DNA of 63,868 bases, filler included, from Rhabdomonas costata (Eukaryota), in NCBI GenBank assembly GCA_019059605.1. It is 55 parts of 55 records of this genome, joined end to end, with 100 filler letters (N's around TTAATTAATTAA, not from the genome) between each part and the next. Parts side by side here need not be neighbours in the genome. Positions count along the whole stretch, not along the records: positions 1 to 1,064 come from JAHMHO010030579.1; positions 1,165 to 2,228 come from JAHMHO010030580.1; positions 2,329 to 3,391 come from JAHMHO010030581.1; positions 3,492 to 4,555 come from JAHMHO010030582.1; positions 4,656 to 5,719 come from JAHMHO010030583.1; positions 5,820 to 6,883 come from JAHMHO010030584.1; positions 6,984 to 8,047 come from JAHMHO010030585.1; positions 8,148 to 9,211 come from JAHMHO010030586.1; 47 more parts are not named here. The stretch is one strand, 5' to 3'. The position numbers and the translations under genes are program-made. Of this stretch, positions 1 through 12,603 are shown piece after piece. The notes below the pieces were generated by a model that saw only the letters and a list, made by a program, of their open reading frames with translations, ran no database searches and was not told the DNA's origin. How positions within the stretch are numbered: position 1 is the stretch's first letter; every line of letters starts with the position of its first letter.

Positions 1-236
1 GGGGTGTTGGAAAATTGAACTTGGACCAATTTTTGCAAGGCCTGGTTGCCATTGTAGAAAATAGAAAACCAAGCCCGTAGGCCAAAAAGTCCATGGGATA
101 GATCTGGCCTGAATCTGGATCTGACCTGCATCCCAGTTCAGCCAAATCCGAATTTTAACTTGCATGTCACCTCCGAGACCTCCCTTTCTCCGCCCCTCCG
201 CCAGTCCCTCCCTTCCCCGGACCACCGCCCTGTAGG

Positions 237-466
237 CCTCCTCTGCGGACGTCTTCCGGGGCTTTGTGCTTGCCCTACGGGTGCTCTTTGAGCAGCAGCA
301 CCCCGCCCGAGGAGGTCCCTCGGGAGCTCAGGCTCGGGCCCGGGCCTACTGCCACGCCCAGTACGACACCCTGCAGGCTGGCCTGGCCTCGCAGGGCTGG
401 GACGTCACCACCCACTTCCTGGAGCCCGACCGCAACCGCCTCACCTTGAGCCACCGCATTGCCGAT
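237..466 (+). CDS. Probable internal exon, unknown protein
   Basis: Pyrimidine-rich tract + TAG acceptor, GC-rich open frame (LLCGRLPGFVLALRVLFEQQH...LSHRIAD), followed by GT. Confidence 0.4.
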
Positions 467-1064
467 GTCATGCCCGCCGCAATGCCTTGCTCGGCACCCC
501 GGGAGTAATCGGGAGTGATCGGGAGTCAAAGTTATACAAAGTTATACACAATCAGACGCACACGTTGTGGCTGTGAGAAAGTTTTGTTGAGTGTCCGTCC
601 ACAGTGGCGAGTGACAGGGCATGAGAGCGTTGGTGTTTGTTATGCTTTGGGACATATAGAATGTATCAAGTTCTCTCTGGTCTCTGGTGGAGCCTGCTGT
701 TGTACCTGTACCTGTGAGATATTGGCTTTTACGCCAGCCCCCAGTTCTACAAGAAGCTCAGCACATGACCGCAATCCGGCGCCAACTGCAGGGCTCTGAA
801 CCGCATTTCCGTTTGTACAGCCGAAACCCGTTTTCGTTTTTTCGGTTGACTTCAACCTTTCCGTTGTTCATGAAGGTGTCCAGGGCATCTTGGAAACTCT
901 GCCGACACCCGTTCTGGGGACATCGCGAGGTTTCCAGGTATGGATGAATATCGTTGTACAGAGAAATAGAGAAGGATGTAGGAGCGGGATCTGTCCGCCT
1001 GGAAGGACGCCCTTTCCTTGCATGCACCGCCGGTGCGTAACGTCTCTGGCACTCTTTGTGCAGC

Positions 1065-1164
1065 NNNNNNNNNNNNNNNNNNNNNNNNNNNNNNNNNNNN
1101 NNNNNNNNTTAATTAATTAANNNNNNNNNNNNNNNNNNNNNNNNNNNNNNNNNNNNNNNNNNNN
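1065..1164. other. Artificial contig spacer (N-run + TTAATTAATTAA + N-run); first of about 54, recurring every ~1163 bp
   Basis: Identical six-frame-stop linker flanked by Ns throughout the window; ORFs ending in XXX..LIN/N are artefacts of it. Confidence 0.99.
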
Positions 1165-1412
1165 TTTTTTTGCGGGACGTAGTCATGACTGGTTCGTTAC
1201 GTTTTTTCAGGCCCTTCTGGAGATTTTCGATGAACTGCAGGTCTGTGCCGGGGGTCGCTTGGTCGTGTTTACTCAATGGGGTGCTGTTTTGGGAACTGCT
1301 CCTTCAGTTCAGTGCTATTTCTGTTCTCTCGTCCGGTGGTGGTTTACGATGTATTGAGGTTTTTTCGGTTTATTTCTGGATCATTTACCCTCTTTGTCGC
1401 TGGAATCCACAG

Positions 1413-2184
1413 AAGGAGGAGGATGAGCGCCTGCGCAAGGAAAACACCAAGAAGGGCAAGAGGGGTGCGAAGGCCCAAGCCGAGGTCCCGCCTCACTGTC
1501 CCAAGATCCACCTCAGCTTTGAGGTATGCCCGCCGCTGAATACTATGTGTACGCGCTGGTGCCCTGGTCGGGGGATAGGGGAATGATTGGAAGGAAGATA
1601 ACATCGATCGATATCTCGGAATTCGCAACTTTTTTTGGTAGTGGACATGGTGGTCATTCTGCATTGTCTTCCCAAGCTCACCAAGCAGTGTTCTCTGGGC
1701 TAAGACTTCTGGGTCTGGGGTTGCCCGGTTACCACGCACGATGTGGGACGAGGAAGGCATGCGACTGAATGCTGTTTATGAGTGTGTGTTAGGAAACACT
1801 GGTTGACTTCGCACTAACACTCGCCCCCACACCCAGAGCTTCCGGCATCACGACCTCAGGACTCCAGGGCTTCTGCCAGCACGCCGGTAGACTCATAGTA
1901 ACCAATGTGGTGCGGTCAGAATCCAGGCAGCGCCCGCAAACGCAGTCGCGCACCCACATACTATATATGCACACACGCACTCTGCATCGCAGGAGTTCTG
2001 CCGGTTCATGTCGACCCGACCGCTGCTGGTGCAGGCCTTCCTGACACAGATCCTGCAAACCATGGAAATGGTGTACACCCGCAACCGCAAGGTGCTGCCC
2101 CGCAACGACGACATCGCCGTGGCCCTGTCCGTGCCCGAGGGCTCGCAGGGCGGAGCCACCGCAGGGGCCGCCGCGGGCTCCTAA
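1413..2184 (+). CDS. Last two exons of an unknown protein, possibly with a degenerate EF-hand exit helix
   Basis: Exons 1413-1523 and 1993-2184 joined by GT-AG intron 1524-1992 read in frame: ...PKIHLSFE|EFCRFMSTRPLLVQAFLTQILQ...AAAGS*. Confidence 0.6.
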
Positions 2185-2928
2185 GCCTCCAAAAAAAAAG
2201 CACTCACAGCCACTCACAAACCCACCCCNNNNNNNNNNNNNNNNNNNNNNNNNNNNNNNNNNNNNNNNNNNNTTAATTAATTAANNNNNNNNNNNNNNNN
2301 NNNNNNNNNNNNNNNNNNNNNNNNNNNNGTTTTTGTTTCTTCTTCCTTTTGTGCGCACAAAGACTTTTATCCTTCCACAAGAGCCATTCAGGGGGTGCCT
2401 CCTGTTAGGCTGCGAGGAGCTCAGAAACCGGGTTCAATTCTTGCTGCGCCAAAAGGGCGTTTGTAGGCAGGGAGGAGTACTTTGAGAGGGATTTCTTAGC
2501 TTTTTTTTTTGCGTGTATGTATCTGAGCCAGAGTTCTCAAGACCGGACCTCGCACTTGGGCCGAGTGAAACATTAGACTTTCTTCGACAGCTTTTTTTTT
2601 ACGCTTCTTAACTGCTCCTTTTACGTGGACTTTCGGAATTCTTGCTCTGGGGTAGTGTGCCAATTTTCGGGGCAATGCAGGGTGGCTCTTTGAAAAACTT
2701 TTTAGGTGTGGAACATCGTGGAACCTGGGGGACGTCGGCCATGTTGGACACGCAACTCACACCCCGTGCAACAAAATTCGAGGTTGGGAGAAAAATGAAA
2801 AAAGGACACGAATTAGAGGAAAGAAAAAACAAAAAATGGAGACAGCCAAGACCAAGATCCGGGAACAATGGCCCTCATTAACGTTAGCGATCAAGAAGCC
2901 ATGTGAAAAAGGAAGCCACCGGCAACAC

Positions 2929-3391
2929 CTCCGCTTCGTTGCAAGGTCAACAGCCTCCGCCCCATTGTACGCACTGTCTACATTCGTGATGCCCATATCG
3001 GAAAGCTGCCTGAAAAAGCAAACATGAACCTCTACCACGACGAGCACCGATCAGCGATCTCCATCACAAAACATGTACGGGCAATGGTAAACGAGAGCAA
3101 CTGCCAACGAGCTGACCCAAAACGAAGCACCTGGAAAGAAGTCTAGATAATCCCATTTTAAAAAGTCACAATAACCACACAAGGTGCACCTCAGAAAGAG
3201 AATGTGGTTCACGGGGTGATCTTCTGCGAGGAGAATCTTCGGCTTCAGTTTCCCGCACGCGTACGCCCCGTCCGGAACGTTGGACACGTTGGTCTGTGAG
3301 CTTGCAGAGTCCGACAGCGGCGCGTCGCTCAGCTTCGAAAGCACCTCCCGGAGCTCCAGAATGTCGATGGGAGAGCGCAGCCACAATCCCG
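2929..3391 (-). CDS. Response-regulator receiver domain (hybrid histidine kinase-type), partial
   Basis: Exons 3391-3190 and 3009-2929 splice GT-AG in frame: KILLAEDHPVNHILFLR|QLSDMGITNVDSAYNGAEAVDLA, the classic receiver N-terminus. Confidence 0.85.
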
Positions 3392-4899
3392 NNNNNNNNN
3401 NNNNNNNNNNNNNNNNNNNNNNNNNNNNNNNNNNNTTAATTAATTAANNNNNNNNNNNNNNNNNNNNNNNNNNNNNNNNNNNNNNNNNNNNGTGGTGGGT
3501 GGATGGTGTGGTGAGTAGGCTTGTGTTGAAGCAGAGATTTTTATACGATCAGTCTCTCCTTCTTGAATGTACCTATTTTTCTTTCCTCTCCAGGACCACC
3601 CACCAAGGCGAGGAAAGAAAAATAGGTACATTCAAGAAGGAGAGACTGATCGTATAAAAATCTCTGCTTCAACACAAGCCTACTCACCACACCATCCATC
3701 CACCATCCATTCTTCGGCCCCTGGTGTGTTTGGTGGGTCGGCTTTTTGTCGCAGGATCTGCAAAGGCGGCCAAAACTGGTTGCTAGTGATCACGAGTATT
3801 GCCAATCGAAACAGAAACTGACTAGGTGCAATTATATGAGGATTTAGAGACTGAAGAAGGTGAGTGGGTATAAAGAGGTAACGGTGCCGTCGCCATTTTA
3901 GTCAACTTTTTCAGTATAATTATGCCACCGCCATATATATGCGTTTGTTTGGTTTCAAAGATTTCAGGTTGGGCCAGCATCATAACAGCTAAAAAAAACA
4001 ATAGCATCCCACTCTTGTGCGTTGGCCAAGGCGGGCGCGACAGCCGCGTAGACTCGGGCACGCTGCAAACGGCACCTGACCCTGGGTATATACTGACGTG
4101 TTAAAATCAACCAAGAAAACCGCGGCGGACTGATTTTCGCTTGAAAAAGACGACAACTACACTTTTTTTTTTTGGCAAGTTCGAGGGTGGACAAAAGCGT
4201 TTTGGGATGTTGCGAAACGATCGAGCGCAAGCAGGAAGTGGGGAGAGCACTAGTGCCGCCGCAGCAATGTTGGTGAAGCCGTTGCCAGAACCTCCCTTCC
4301 AAAATGCGGTTCCACCAAGACAGCGCCTTCTCTTTCTCTGCCATCCTCCTCCGTGTGTATGTAAGTGGGTGAGTGAGTCAGGGAGTGGAGTGTAGAATTA
4401 GGCGGAGACGCTCCAAGTTGGAGGCCACGTGGGCTCCGGCGGGGCAGGAGGGAAGGCCTTTCGCCAAGCCCACTGCGCGCCCCCGACGGCCGCGCCCCAT
4501 GCCCCACTGGCGGCCCACCACAGACCCCGGGCGACCCCGCGGATTCCACCCCACANNNNNNNNNNNNNNNNNNNNNNNNNNNNNNNNNNNNNNNNNNNNT
4601 TAATTAATTAANNNNNNNNNNNNNNNNNNNNNNNNNNNNNNNNNNNNNNNNNNNNTTTTGTTTGAAACAACCACAAATGGGTCATCCTCATTAACGGCAT
4701 TGAGGTCCCATTGTCCTCAAGATTCTTGTCCACATCCAGTTCAGCAGGCGCCTCGTGAGGTTGGAAGTCCTGATCCACGGCTTGGTGCTATTGAGCCGGG
4801 GCATTGAAATCTCCCAGTGGAAACCTCAGTGCTTGTTCCATATCCATTTGTTCCTCCGCTTGAAGAATTTGGTCATCATCTTGCTAATGCGTGGGCAGC

Positions 4900-5660
4900 T
4901 GGCAAACGGGGTCCCAACCAGCTCCCTCGTCTGGAATGGAATACGTGTATCATTTTCTTCCGGATGTTGGCAGTGAGGTCTATCTCAAAGGTGTTTTTCG
5001 TGATATGCCTCTTGATCTTGTAATGATCAACGGACTTAGACGCCAGGGGTCCAGCGGTGCCCAGCTGGTTCCGATGGTGCTTCCTCTGGTTGATCAACAT
5101 GCACCGCCGCGAATTGATAATTGGACCGCTTTCGGTTGCCGACGTTCGCTTCCATTGAATTTTCACGATACACAAAGTCCCAGTCATAGTACCGCTGCGC
5201 AAGCCATTCCATGATTGTTACAGTGCTCTAGCCGGTTGTCATTTCCTTGTCACATTTGGTGACGTCAAAGAAGAAGCTAGAGAGGTAGCCCATGTTCAAG
5301 AAGTATGGGCTGAGCTTTGTGCCTCCGATTGTGGTGTTGCTGATGGATACCACAACAATTTACAGCAGGAGAAGCCAGTTGGTCAGCCCACTATCCATTA
5401 CTTCCTGCATTTTGGCGAGCACAATCGTCCTTAGCACCTGCTTCATTGTCTTGTTAGTTCTCTATGAGTCTCCATTTGCCTGCGGATAGAACGTGGAAGT
5501 CATGCGCTGATTGAACTCCATCACGTTGCACACCGCATTCCAGAAAGCGCTCGTGAACTTTATTTTCTTGTCCGAAATAATGCTGGATTGCAATCCCCTG
5601 TGGCGCACCATCTCGTAAAAAAACAGGTCTGCAAATTGCGACGTGACTGTCAGCACATGA
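4900..5660 (-). mobile_element. Decayed Ty3/gypsy LTR-retrotransposon integrase (pseudogene)
   Basis: HRGLQSSIISDKKIKFTSAFW...MTSTFYPQANGDS*RTNKTMKQVLR matches the rve core; downstream GPY/F-like region (DHYKIKRHITKNTFEIDL...IHVFH); in-frame stops. Confidence 0.9.
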
Positions 5661-6797
5661 TTAAAAATCTTCCACTGTGCCGTTTATACTGTCGGAAGTT
5701 TCTTTTAGTCCAAAAAAACNNNNNNNNNNNNNNNNNNNNNNNNNNNNNNNNNNNNNNNNNNNNTTAATTAATTAANNNNNNNNNNNNNNNNNNNNNNNNN
5801 NNNNNNNNNNNNNNNNNNNTTTTGTTTTTTACAATAGAGCTTTCATAGTGAAGACCTTTTTTCATCGCCTTTTCTCATGAGTGCACAAAAAACGAGCCGA
5901 CCATAATTTTTGAAGCCCGAAGCCCGAAACCCGCAGAAAAGGTATCCACGCATGTACGCTTGTATGTTGCCAACGACATTTTCCCACAGCTGCGGACTGA
6001 GGCAGGTTTCTGGGGTGCACTTCCTGTGCGCAAGACTGTGGAAAAAAGAACGACACACCAGGCAGCTGGACAAAGTCGGTGTACGGAGCGGTTCACGCCC
6101 ATACATGCGTCACCAAGAGAAAGGGGAGGCGGGTACTAGCCAGCGAGCACGAGAAGAAATCGCCTGGGACAAAGTCAACGAAAGCAGAGCACACCATCAC
6201 GTGCGCGTTTATGTGCATATGTGCGGAGAACGTGAGGGCAGTGACTCGCAGCGTATAAGAAGGCAACGCAGGGGCAATGGGGCCACAAAAAGCGACGGGC
6301 GCGCTCCCCTGGTATATCCTCAACATCCTCAACACAACCCAAGCAAGCCCGCTTCGCAAGCAAAGCGGACAGAGCTCTTGCACAGTGAGCCAAATCTCAG
6401 GGCGAGGGACACAAAGAAACAAAAGAAGGGCAAAAAACCGCCCAAAGTACAAAAACTTTCAAAGCAACAGCTCACACGCCAGTGGGATCCCAGCTGGGAG
6501 CCACTGCACTGAACTCGAACTGTACTGACGCTAAAATGAAAGTCCGCTTGTCATGTGAGGCACCACGTGCACCAACACGGCAGTCGGAACGAGCAAAAAA
6601 AACCAGTCTATTATGAAAAAGACGTGGGTACAGGAGAAGGCCTCTTCTAGTGCCCACCACAAGCAATTGAGTTCGCTCACCAATGGCAAGCACCGAACGT
6701 GCGCGAAATATACAGCATGGCACAAACGCAAGCACAGCAGGAAAAAAGAACACATCACAGCAGCACAAGTTATCTCTGATGATATTCGAAGGTTAAA

Positions 6798-6880
6798 CTT
6801 CGATCGAGCCGAACTCCTGCCGCGCCCGGAACACCGCCATCCGGCCCCGCACCCAAGCCTGGATTCGCACCGCACTCCAC
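6798..6880 (-). CDS. Exon with IQ calmodulin-binding motif
   Basis: Minus-strand translation WSAVRIQAWVRGRMAVFRARQEFGSIE fits IQxxxRGxxx; followed by GT. Confidence 0.65.
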
Positions 6881-9701
6881 ACANNNNNNNNNNNNNNNNN
6901 NNNNNNNNNNNNNNNNNNNNNNNNNNNTTAATTAATTAANNNNNNNNNNNNNNNNNNNNNNNNNNNNNNNNNNNNNNNNNNNNGGGATGGGGGGAGGTCA
7001 GCGAGGCCTACGAGTGGTTTCTTGAGGTTCCTGCTGCGTGTGAATGACTGGGAAGATGGCTGGTGACTCGAATCGCGTTGTGACGTTGGAATCCTCGCAT
7101 CCACTTGATGGCCTTAAATAAAATTGGGGGCTCGGGTGAAGAAGTGAGGTGGGTAGGCTGGGTGATTGAGTTGTGTGCTTCCATTCTTCCAGGAATGGGC
7201 GGGGGGCAGGGTGAATGAAGAACGAACGGTATCACTAAAATTCCAGGGCGTCCTCGACCTAAGGGTGTTTTGGCCGCCTCCCCGCACTTGCGAAAAGTCG
7301 CAATGCATGTTCTACCTCCGCGTTTTCTCGTTTTCCGTTTTCCGACGCGCACCTGTGTCTTGAGGCTTTGTGGCTTTTTGGCAGCGGAAATGAGGCACCG
7401 CCGTGAAGGGCTCCCTACCTCGCTCGTTTATGAAGAAGCCCCTTCCACCAAATGGCTTTTCAGTTCATAAAACACGCCTTTTCCTCGTTTTAATCTGCGT
7501 CACCTCAAAAAGTCACAACTCAAAAAATTATGCACTAAAAAACCTGCCAGTTCAGGCTAAAACGGCTCGGAAATAGCATATTTGCATATCGGTTTCGCCT
7601 GTTGGGTTTTGATCTTCCACTGTCACCTCTAACGCGCGGCCTACATATCTGCTTTCTGCAGTGCTGCTTTTGCCCTCTGCCTTTCTCTCAAGCATGCTCT
7701 CCTTTGAGCGATGTTTCGAAAATATTTTTGGTACAAAAGGGTTCTGTGAGCTGGTAGTTAAGGTGGTGAAAACCATTCTTATGTGCACGGTTGAGCAGCA
7801 AACGCTATTCATGAAAAGCCAATGCCGGTCCGGTCTATTTTTGAGGGGAGGGGGCGTTAAACGGATTAACGCCGTTATTCGGTCATGGAGCGGTATATAA
7901 AAAACGAGTTTTGGGCATTCTGTTCTTCTTTCAGGTTGGTCAGTATTGGTGGTAAGCACTCATTCACTTCTGGACCTAAGTCGACAAATGGGATTCGATT
8001 AGTTTAGTGGCCGAAACCAGCCGCGGCGTGACCGGAGCCGGCGGCTGNNNNNNNNNNNNNNNNNNNNNNNNNNNNNNNNNNNNNNNNNNNNTTAATTAAT
8101 TAANNNNNNNNNNNNNNNNNNNNNNNNNNNNNNNNNNNNNNNNNNNNGGGGTGTTGGAGAGAAACAGCTGTCGGGTGCTTGCTCCCAAGCTGGGGGGATG
8201 TGGGCCCATCCTTTCCCTAGAAATGAGCCAGCAGGCTCACCAGATCCTCCCAGCCGATAAAAGCCCCCCCCTCCCCGTGGTAGGTGAGGGTTACGGTGGG
8301 TTGACTTTCGCGCGCCTTTCCTCGTCTCCCATCACACTGCTGTCATGCTCTCATCTCCAAGTCTGTGTGATTTATGTGCACGCCCAAATCCCCGTTGTGG
8401 TGGTCTCCTCCCCCTTTGCCGTCCACCTTTGTGATTCTGTGCGTTTAATATTGTGAGCGGAAATAGAGCTTTTGCGGGTTCTCCACCTCGATCGTTTTTA
8501 TTCCAGGTATTCCAGGCTTAACCAAGCACGCAGTGCTTAAGGGCCGGGGGTGCGACGACCCAAAGCGAGCTCTAAAAAGAAGAAGAAAAAACCAGAAAAA
8601 AAATTTGGGTGAAGTTGTAATTTCCGGCAACCGTGTCCAGGAGTGGCGGTGAATTGTGTTGGTTAGGCGTGCGATTTAGAAAGGAGCAGCTGAAAAAAGC
8701 GGTGCCAGAAAGCTGGAGTCCAACAGTGGTAAAAGCAACCTCTGGCCAGTGCAAACAAAAAAATCTCTTGCATCTGTACTGCCTAGGCAGGAGGCAGGAA
8801 GTGGAGGGATAGACAGAAAGGTGCGGATGACCGTCAAGCACTGACCAGCCGCCAGCCGACGGGCCCTACCGCGGGCATCGGGAGGAGGACACACACGCGT
8901 GTCACATCTCTCCGTCTCATTCCGCAGCAACACTCACATGGCACTTTTCCAGGCGCATTCACACCACGTCGCGATGCAGCCCACAGTCCAAAATGAGGAA
9001 CGAAAAAAAAAGGAGAGGAGAGAAAGGGAATGCAGAACGTGCTCTCCCTCAGCACATCACTGCAAGAACAAGTTGCAAAATTCTTTGTTGGATAGCACTG
9101 GTGACTTCACACAGGGCAGGAAAGCACCGGACAAAAAACATGACGTTGCTTTATCAACGTCACCGTCATAAGCCCACGGCGCACCAGTGCCGACATCGGA
9201 AAAACACCCACNNNNNNNNNNNNNNNNNNNNNNNNNNNNNNNNNNNNNNNNNNNNTTAATTAATTAANNNNNNNNNNNNNNNNNNNNNNNNNNNNNNNNN
9301 NNNNNNNNNNNCGTTCGGTTGCATTTACGGAAATCGACAACGCAGGGCACCGAACAGGGCGAAAACGCCTAATTAATTAATTAATTACTGAAACCGCACA
9401 ACCAGGTCCGGCTGAAACCTCTGGTATCATCATCATCACGGCAGGAATGCAAACGATTAAGAAATCGTTCTATCTGTAGATATAAACCTCCACTCAGCAT
9501 CCCTCATATTCCACTACATATCCAACCGTAAACTCTAAATCAAATGCACCCTCTTTAGGCACAGGGAAAACCATCAACCTGCAATGTTTTCGCAAACCAG
9601 GTTGACGGCGATACCGGGGCGCATAGGGGTACCGTGCTCCGGAGAGAGAAGGGAATAGCGTGTGTCCCCACCAATCCCTTTCCCTCTGCACACTAGCCGC
9701 T

Positions 9702-10088
9702 TTAGAAGGTCACTGCGGGGGCAGTGTACGTCCCAGACAGGCAGGGCGCCACCGCGGTCGCCCCCAGCATCGGGGACGCCGGCACACAGCACGCGTCCAT
9801 CATTGGCAGCACCGTGGGCATGCAGCACGGGTCCGCGTTCAGCAGAGGCGGGCAGCACTCCATCATCATGGGGGCGGGGGCGGGCTTCTTCCTGCCGAAG
9901 CTGAAAGTGGGGAACCGCGGGCGGATCTCCAGGCACACCGTGGCGATCATCAGCAGGTACGCCAGGATGGCAATCACGAAGTACACCACGGCCAGACACC
10001 ACCCGGCACCGCGCCGCCCGCTGACGATCACGCAGGGGAACGCCACGAAGCCCAGGTACACCGTCCAGGGCACCACAGAGGCGCCAAG
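9702..10088 (-). CDS. Terminal exon of a membrane protein with Cys/Pro/Met-rich tail
   Basis: (CT)n tract + CAG acceptor, strong GC3 bias, two hydrophobic segments, then MECCPP/DPCCMP/DACCVP. Confidence 0.65.
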   Translation of the reverse strand, partial: LGASVVPWTVYLGFVAFPCVIVSGRRGAGWCLAVVYFVIAILAYLLMIATVCLEIRPRFPTFSFGRKKPAPAPMMMECCPPLLNADPCCMPTVLPMMDACCVPASPMLGATAVAPCLSGTYTAPAVTF

Positions 10089-10090
10089 CT

Positions 10091-10099
10091 GAGAGAGAG

Positions 10100-10133
<34 letters not shown>

Positions 10134-10200
10134 AGTGAGTGAGTGAGTGAGTGAGTGAGAGTCAGTGAGTGAGTGAGTGAGTGTGTGTGTGTGTGTGTGT
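10091..10200. repeat. Compound microsatellite (GA)n(GT)n(GAGT)n(GT)n
   Basis: Directly visible. Confidence 0.95.
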
Positions 10201-11862
10201 AAGTGAGCTGAAATTCCGAGATGAAGGGGGAAATTGGTATGCTTGCTTTGACGGGAGTTGGAGCGGGGGCAACGTTAAACCATAATTCATGAATCAACCC
10301 TTCACTTAACGAGACAAGCGCTATTTTATTCGTGAGTGCTGCACAAAAACAAGTACACAGGGAAGACAAAAATAACACANNNNNNNNNNNNNNNNNNNNN
10401 NNNNNNNNNNNNNNNNNNNNNNNTTAATTAATTAANNNNNNNNNNNNNNNNNNNNNNNNNNNNNNNNNNNNNNNNNNNNGGGGTGTGGGGGGGATAATGG
10501 GGTGTTGTGATGCTGTTACTCTCTCTCTCTCTCGCTGTCTGTGACAGTGCGGAGCTTGAGGACATTCGGTCGTTTCGGGTTTCCCAACACGACAACTTAG
10601 GCTTTTGTAGCTTCGGGTTCTCAGTCAAAAGAGAGATTCATTCAGAGCCAACCCTGTGGCAATCGTTTGCCCTGCGTAAGACTGACGTGGTGCGCTATCG
10701 TAGTATTCTGCAAACTTGTCTCCGTGGGCTCTGATCGATCAGCGGACATTTTGCAGAACGGCAATCGATCATTCCTCAAGGACCAGAAGTTTGTGGTGTT
10801 TGTGTTTATCGGAACGCCCGCTCAGAAGCCGTCTCAGCAAATGGGCTATGATTTCCCTGCAAATAGGCTGTGATGAGAGAAACTACCAGAAGGACAGCCG
10901 TGGCCTCCCCCACACATGACCCTTTTCCGCCCATAGGCTTGGAAAACTGGCAAAGTGACCTGTTTGGAAAGTGCTGAGGGAGGGGGTTGAGCCGGGAACC
11001 TCAGAAGCACCAGGAAACCACTTGTACTATGCAAAAAGTGGGAAAGTGTGAAAAAAATACTAACTTAATTGGGCTGGTTGCATTCTGTATAATTGTCCAA
11101 TATAGAAACAATGTTGTTGTTTAATTTTCTCCATGTCTGCTTGCATGACGGTTGTCCCTTTGCTGCTTGAGTCCTCCGGCGGTTGTTCTCTCTGTGTATA
11201 TTGTCTTCTTTCCTTGAGAGGAGTTTAAGCGATTCTCTTTGTAAATACGTCTCGTTTTCTCCTGGCTCCATATGTGCGCATGCAGCCTTGACAGCGTTTC
11301 CTTTCTCTTTTCACTTACTGTGTGAACTTTACTTTCCGTTTCCTGCTGCCGCCCACGTCTCTTGTCCTGATTATTGCACACTTTGGAGACCGCTCTATGG
11401 CCGCGCGAGCTGCCCGCCCTTCACCACCGCGGCCCATTTGTTTGAAGTTTATTCTTGACGTTTGTTCTGCCTGCTCCGTTCGGGTTTCCCCGCCGCGCCT
11501 TTTTGGCCTGAATATTGCGTACAGACCGTTCTGCGCCGCGCNNNNNNNNNNNNNNNNNNNNNNNNNNNNNNNNNNNNNNNNNNNNTTAATTAATTAANNN
11601 NNNNNNNNNNNNNNNNNNNNNNNNNNNNNNNNNNNNNNNNNTTCCCCAGTTTTCTCTGCGTGGCCCCCGCCAAAGCAGTGGGAGTAAGTGGGTGCCTGGA
11701 ACGGGTGATGCGTGAACAGCACTCCAGAGATTTAATAGTTTGCATGTGAGGTGTGCCGCGGTTTAAGTTTTTTCTTTTCAAATTGCACATTTTTTTCAGG
11801 CGTGTACCCGTGTCAGTCAGTAAATAGGCCTGAGGCAAGACAGCCCCGGGTGGTGCGTGTAG

Positions 11863-12603
11863 GAAGCCTGACGAGCTGGACGACCTTTTTGGGGAACTGG
11901 ACAAGGCGGCGTCCGCGGCCTCGGCCTCGGCTTCAGCCTTGGCGCTGGTGCCCGTGGAGCACCAGCAGCCCCCGTCGCCGGCTCTGCAGCAGTTGCACCG
12001 GCAGCTGCAGAACGAGCTCGCGGAGAAGGAGGACGAGATTGCCGGGCTGCGGGAGAGGATCCAGGCCCTGGAGGACACCCTAGAGGAGCTCAGCCAGCGC
12101 CTACTGCTGATGAAGGCGGTAAGTTTCTCACTGGTGACTGGTGGATGTGTTCCTTTCCCTTTTAAAGTCGGACTGCGCTGTGCCACACACCGCCCACTTC
12201 TTCCATAACTCACATCACTTACAAAGCAGCGGATTACACTGCAAGCATCTCCACACACACATGCATCAGTTCGGCCTCCCGATTCACCCTCCCGCCGACT
12301 TCACACACCTTTCTCCTGACGCTTGTGTCGATTTCACTTCTAAAGATGTGTGTGTTTCCACCTGTTTCATGTGCGCATCGCAATTTCCATTGTGTCTCTT
12401 TATCTTACCTGAGTATTTCTTCGGGCCCCTCCTCTCGCCGTTTTCCACTCACTCCACCCCGCCCACTGACGCACACCCAGCTGGAGGCCCAGGTGCTGCA
12501 GCTGGAGGCGGACAAGCGCCTGGCGGCTCAGCAGCGTGAGCTCCTGGCCGCCTCGAAGGACGCCGAGCTAGAGCAGCTCCGACAGCGCCTCACCGCGGAG
12601 CTG
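11863..12603 (+). CDS. Coiled-coil protein, two exons
   Basis: Exons 11863-12118 and 12481-12603, GT-AG intron, in frame: LQNELAEKEDEIAGLRERIQALEDTLEELSQRLLLMKA|LEAQVLQLEADKRLAAQQRELL. Confidence 0.8.

Noticed and set aside
3500-3698. 89-bp-arm perfect hairpin as a miRNA precursor or MITE
   Set aside because: Anchored at a contig end like many others with unrelated sequence; best explained as an amplification fold-back.
9370-9387. taattaattaattaatta inside a contig (also ~52052)
   Set aside because: Simple (TAAT)n microsatellite; resemblance to the linker is coincidental.
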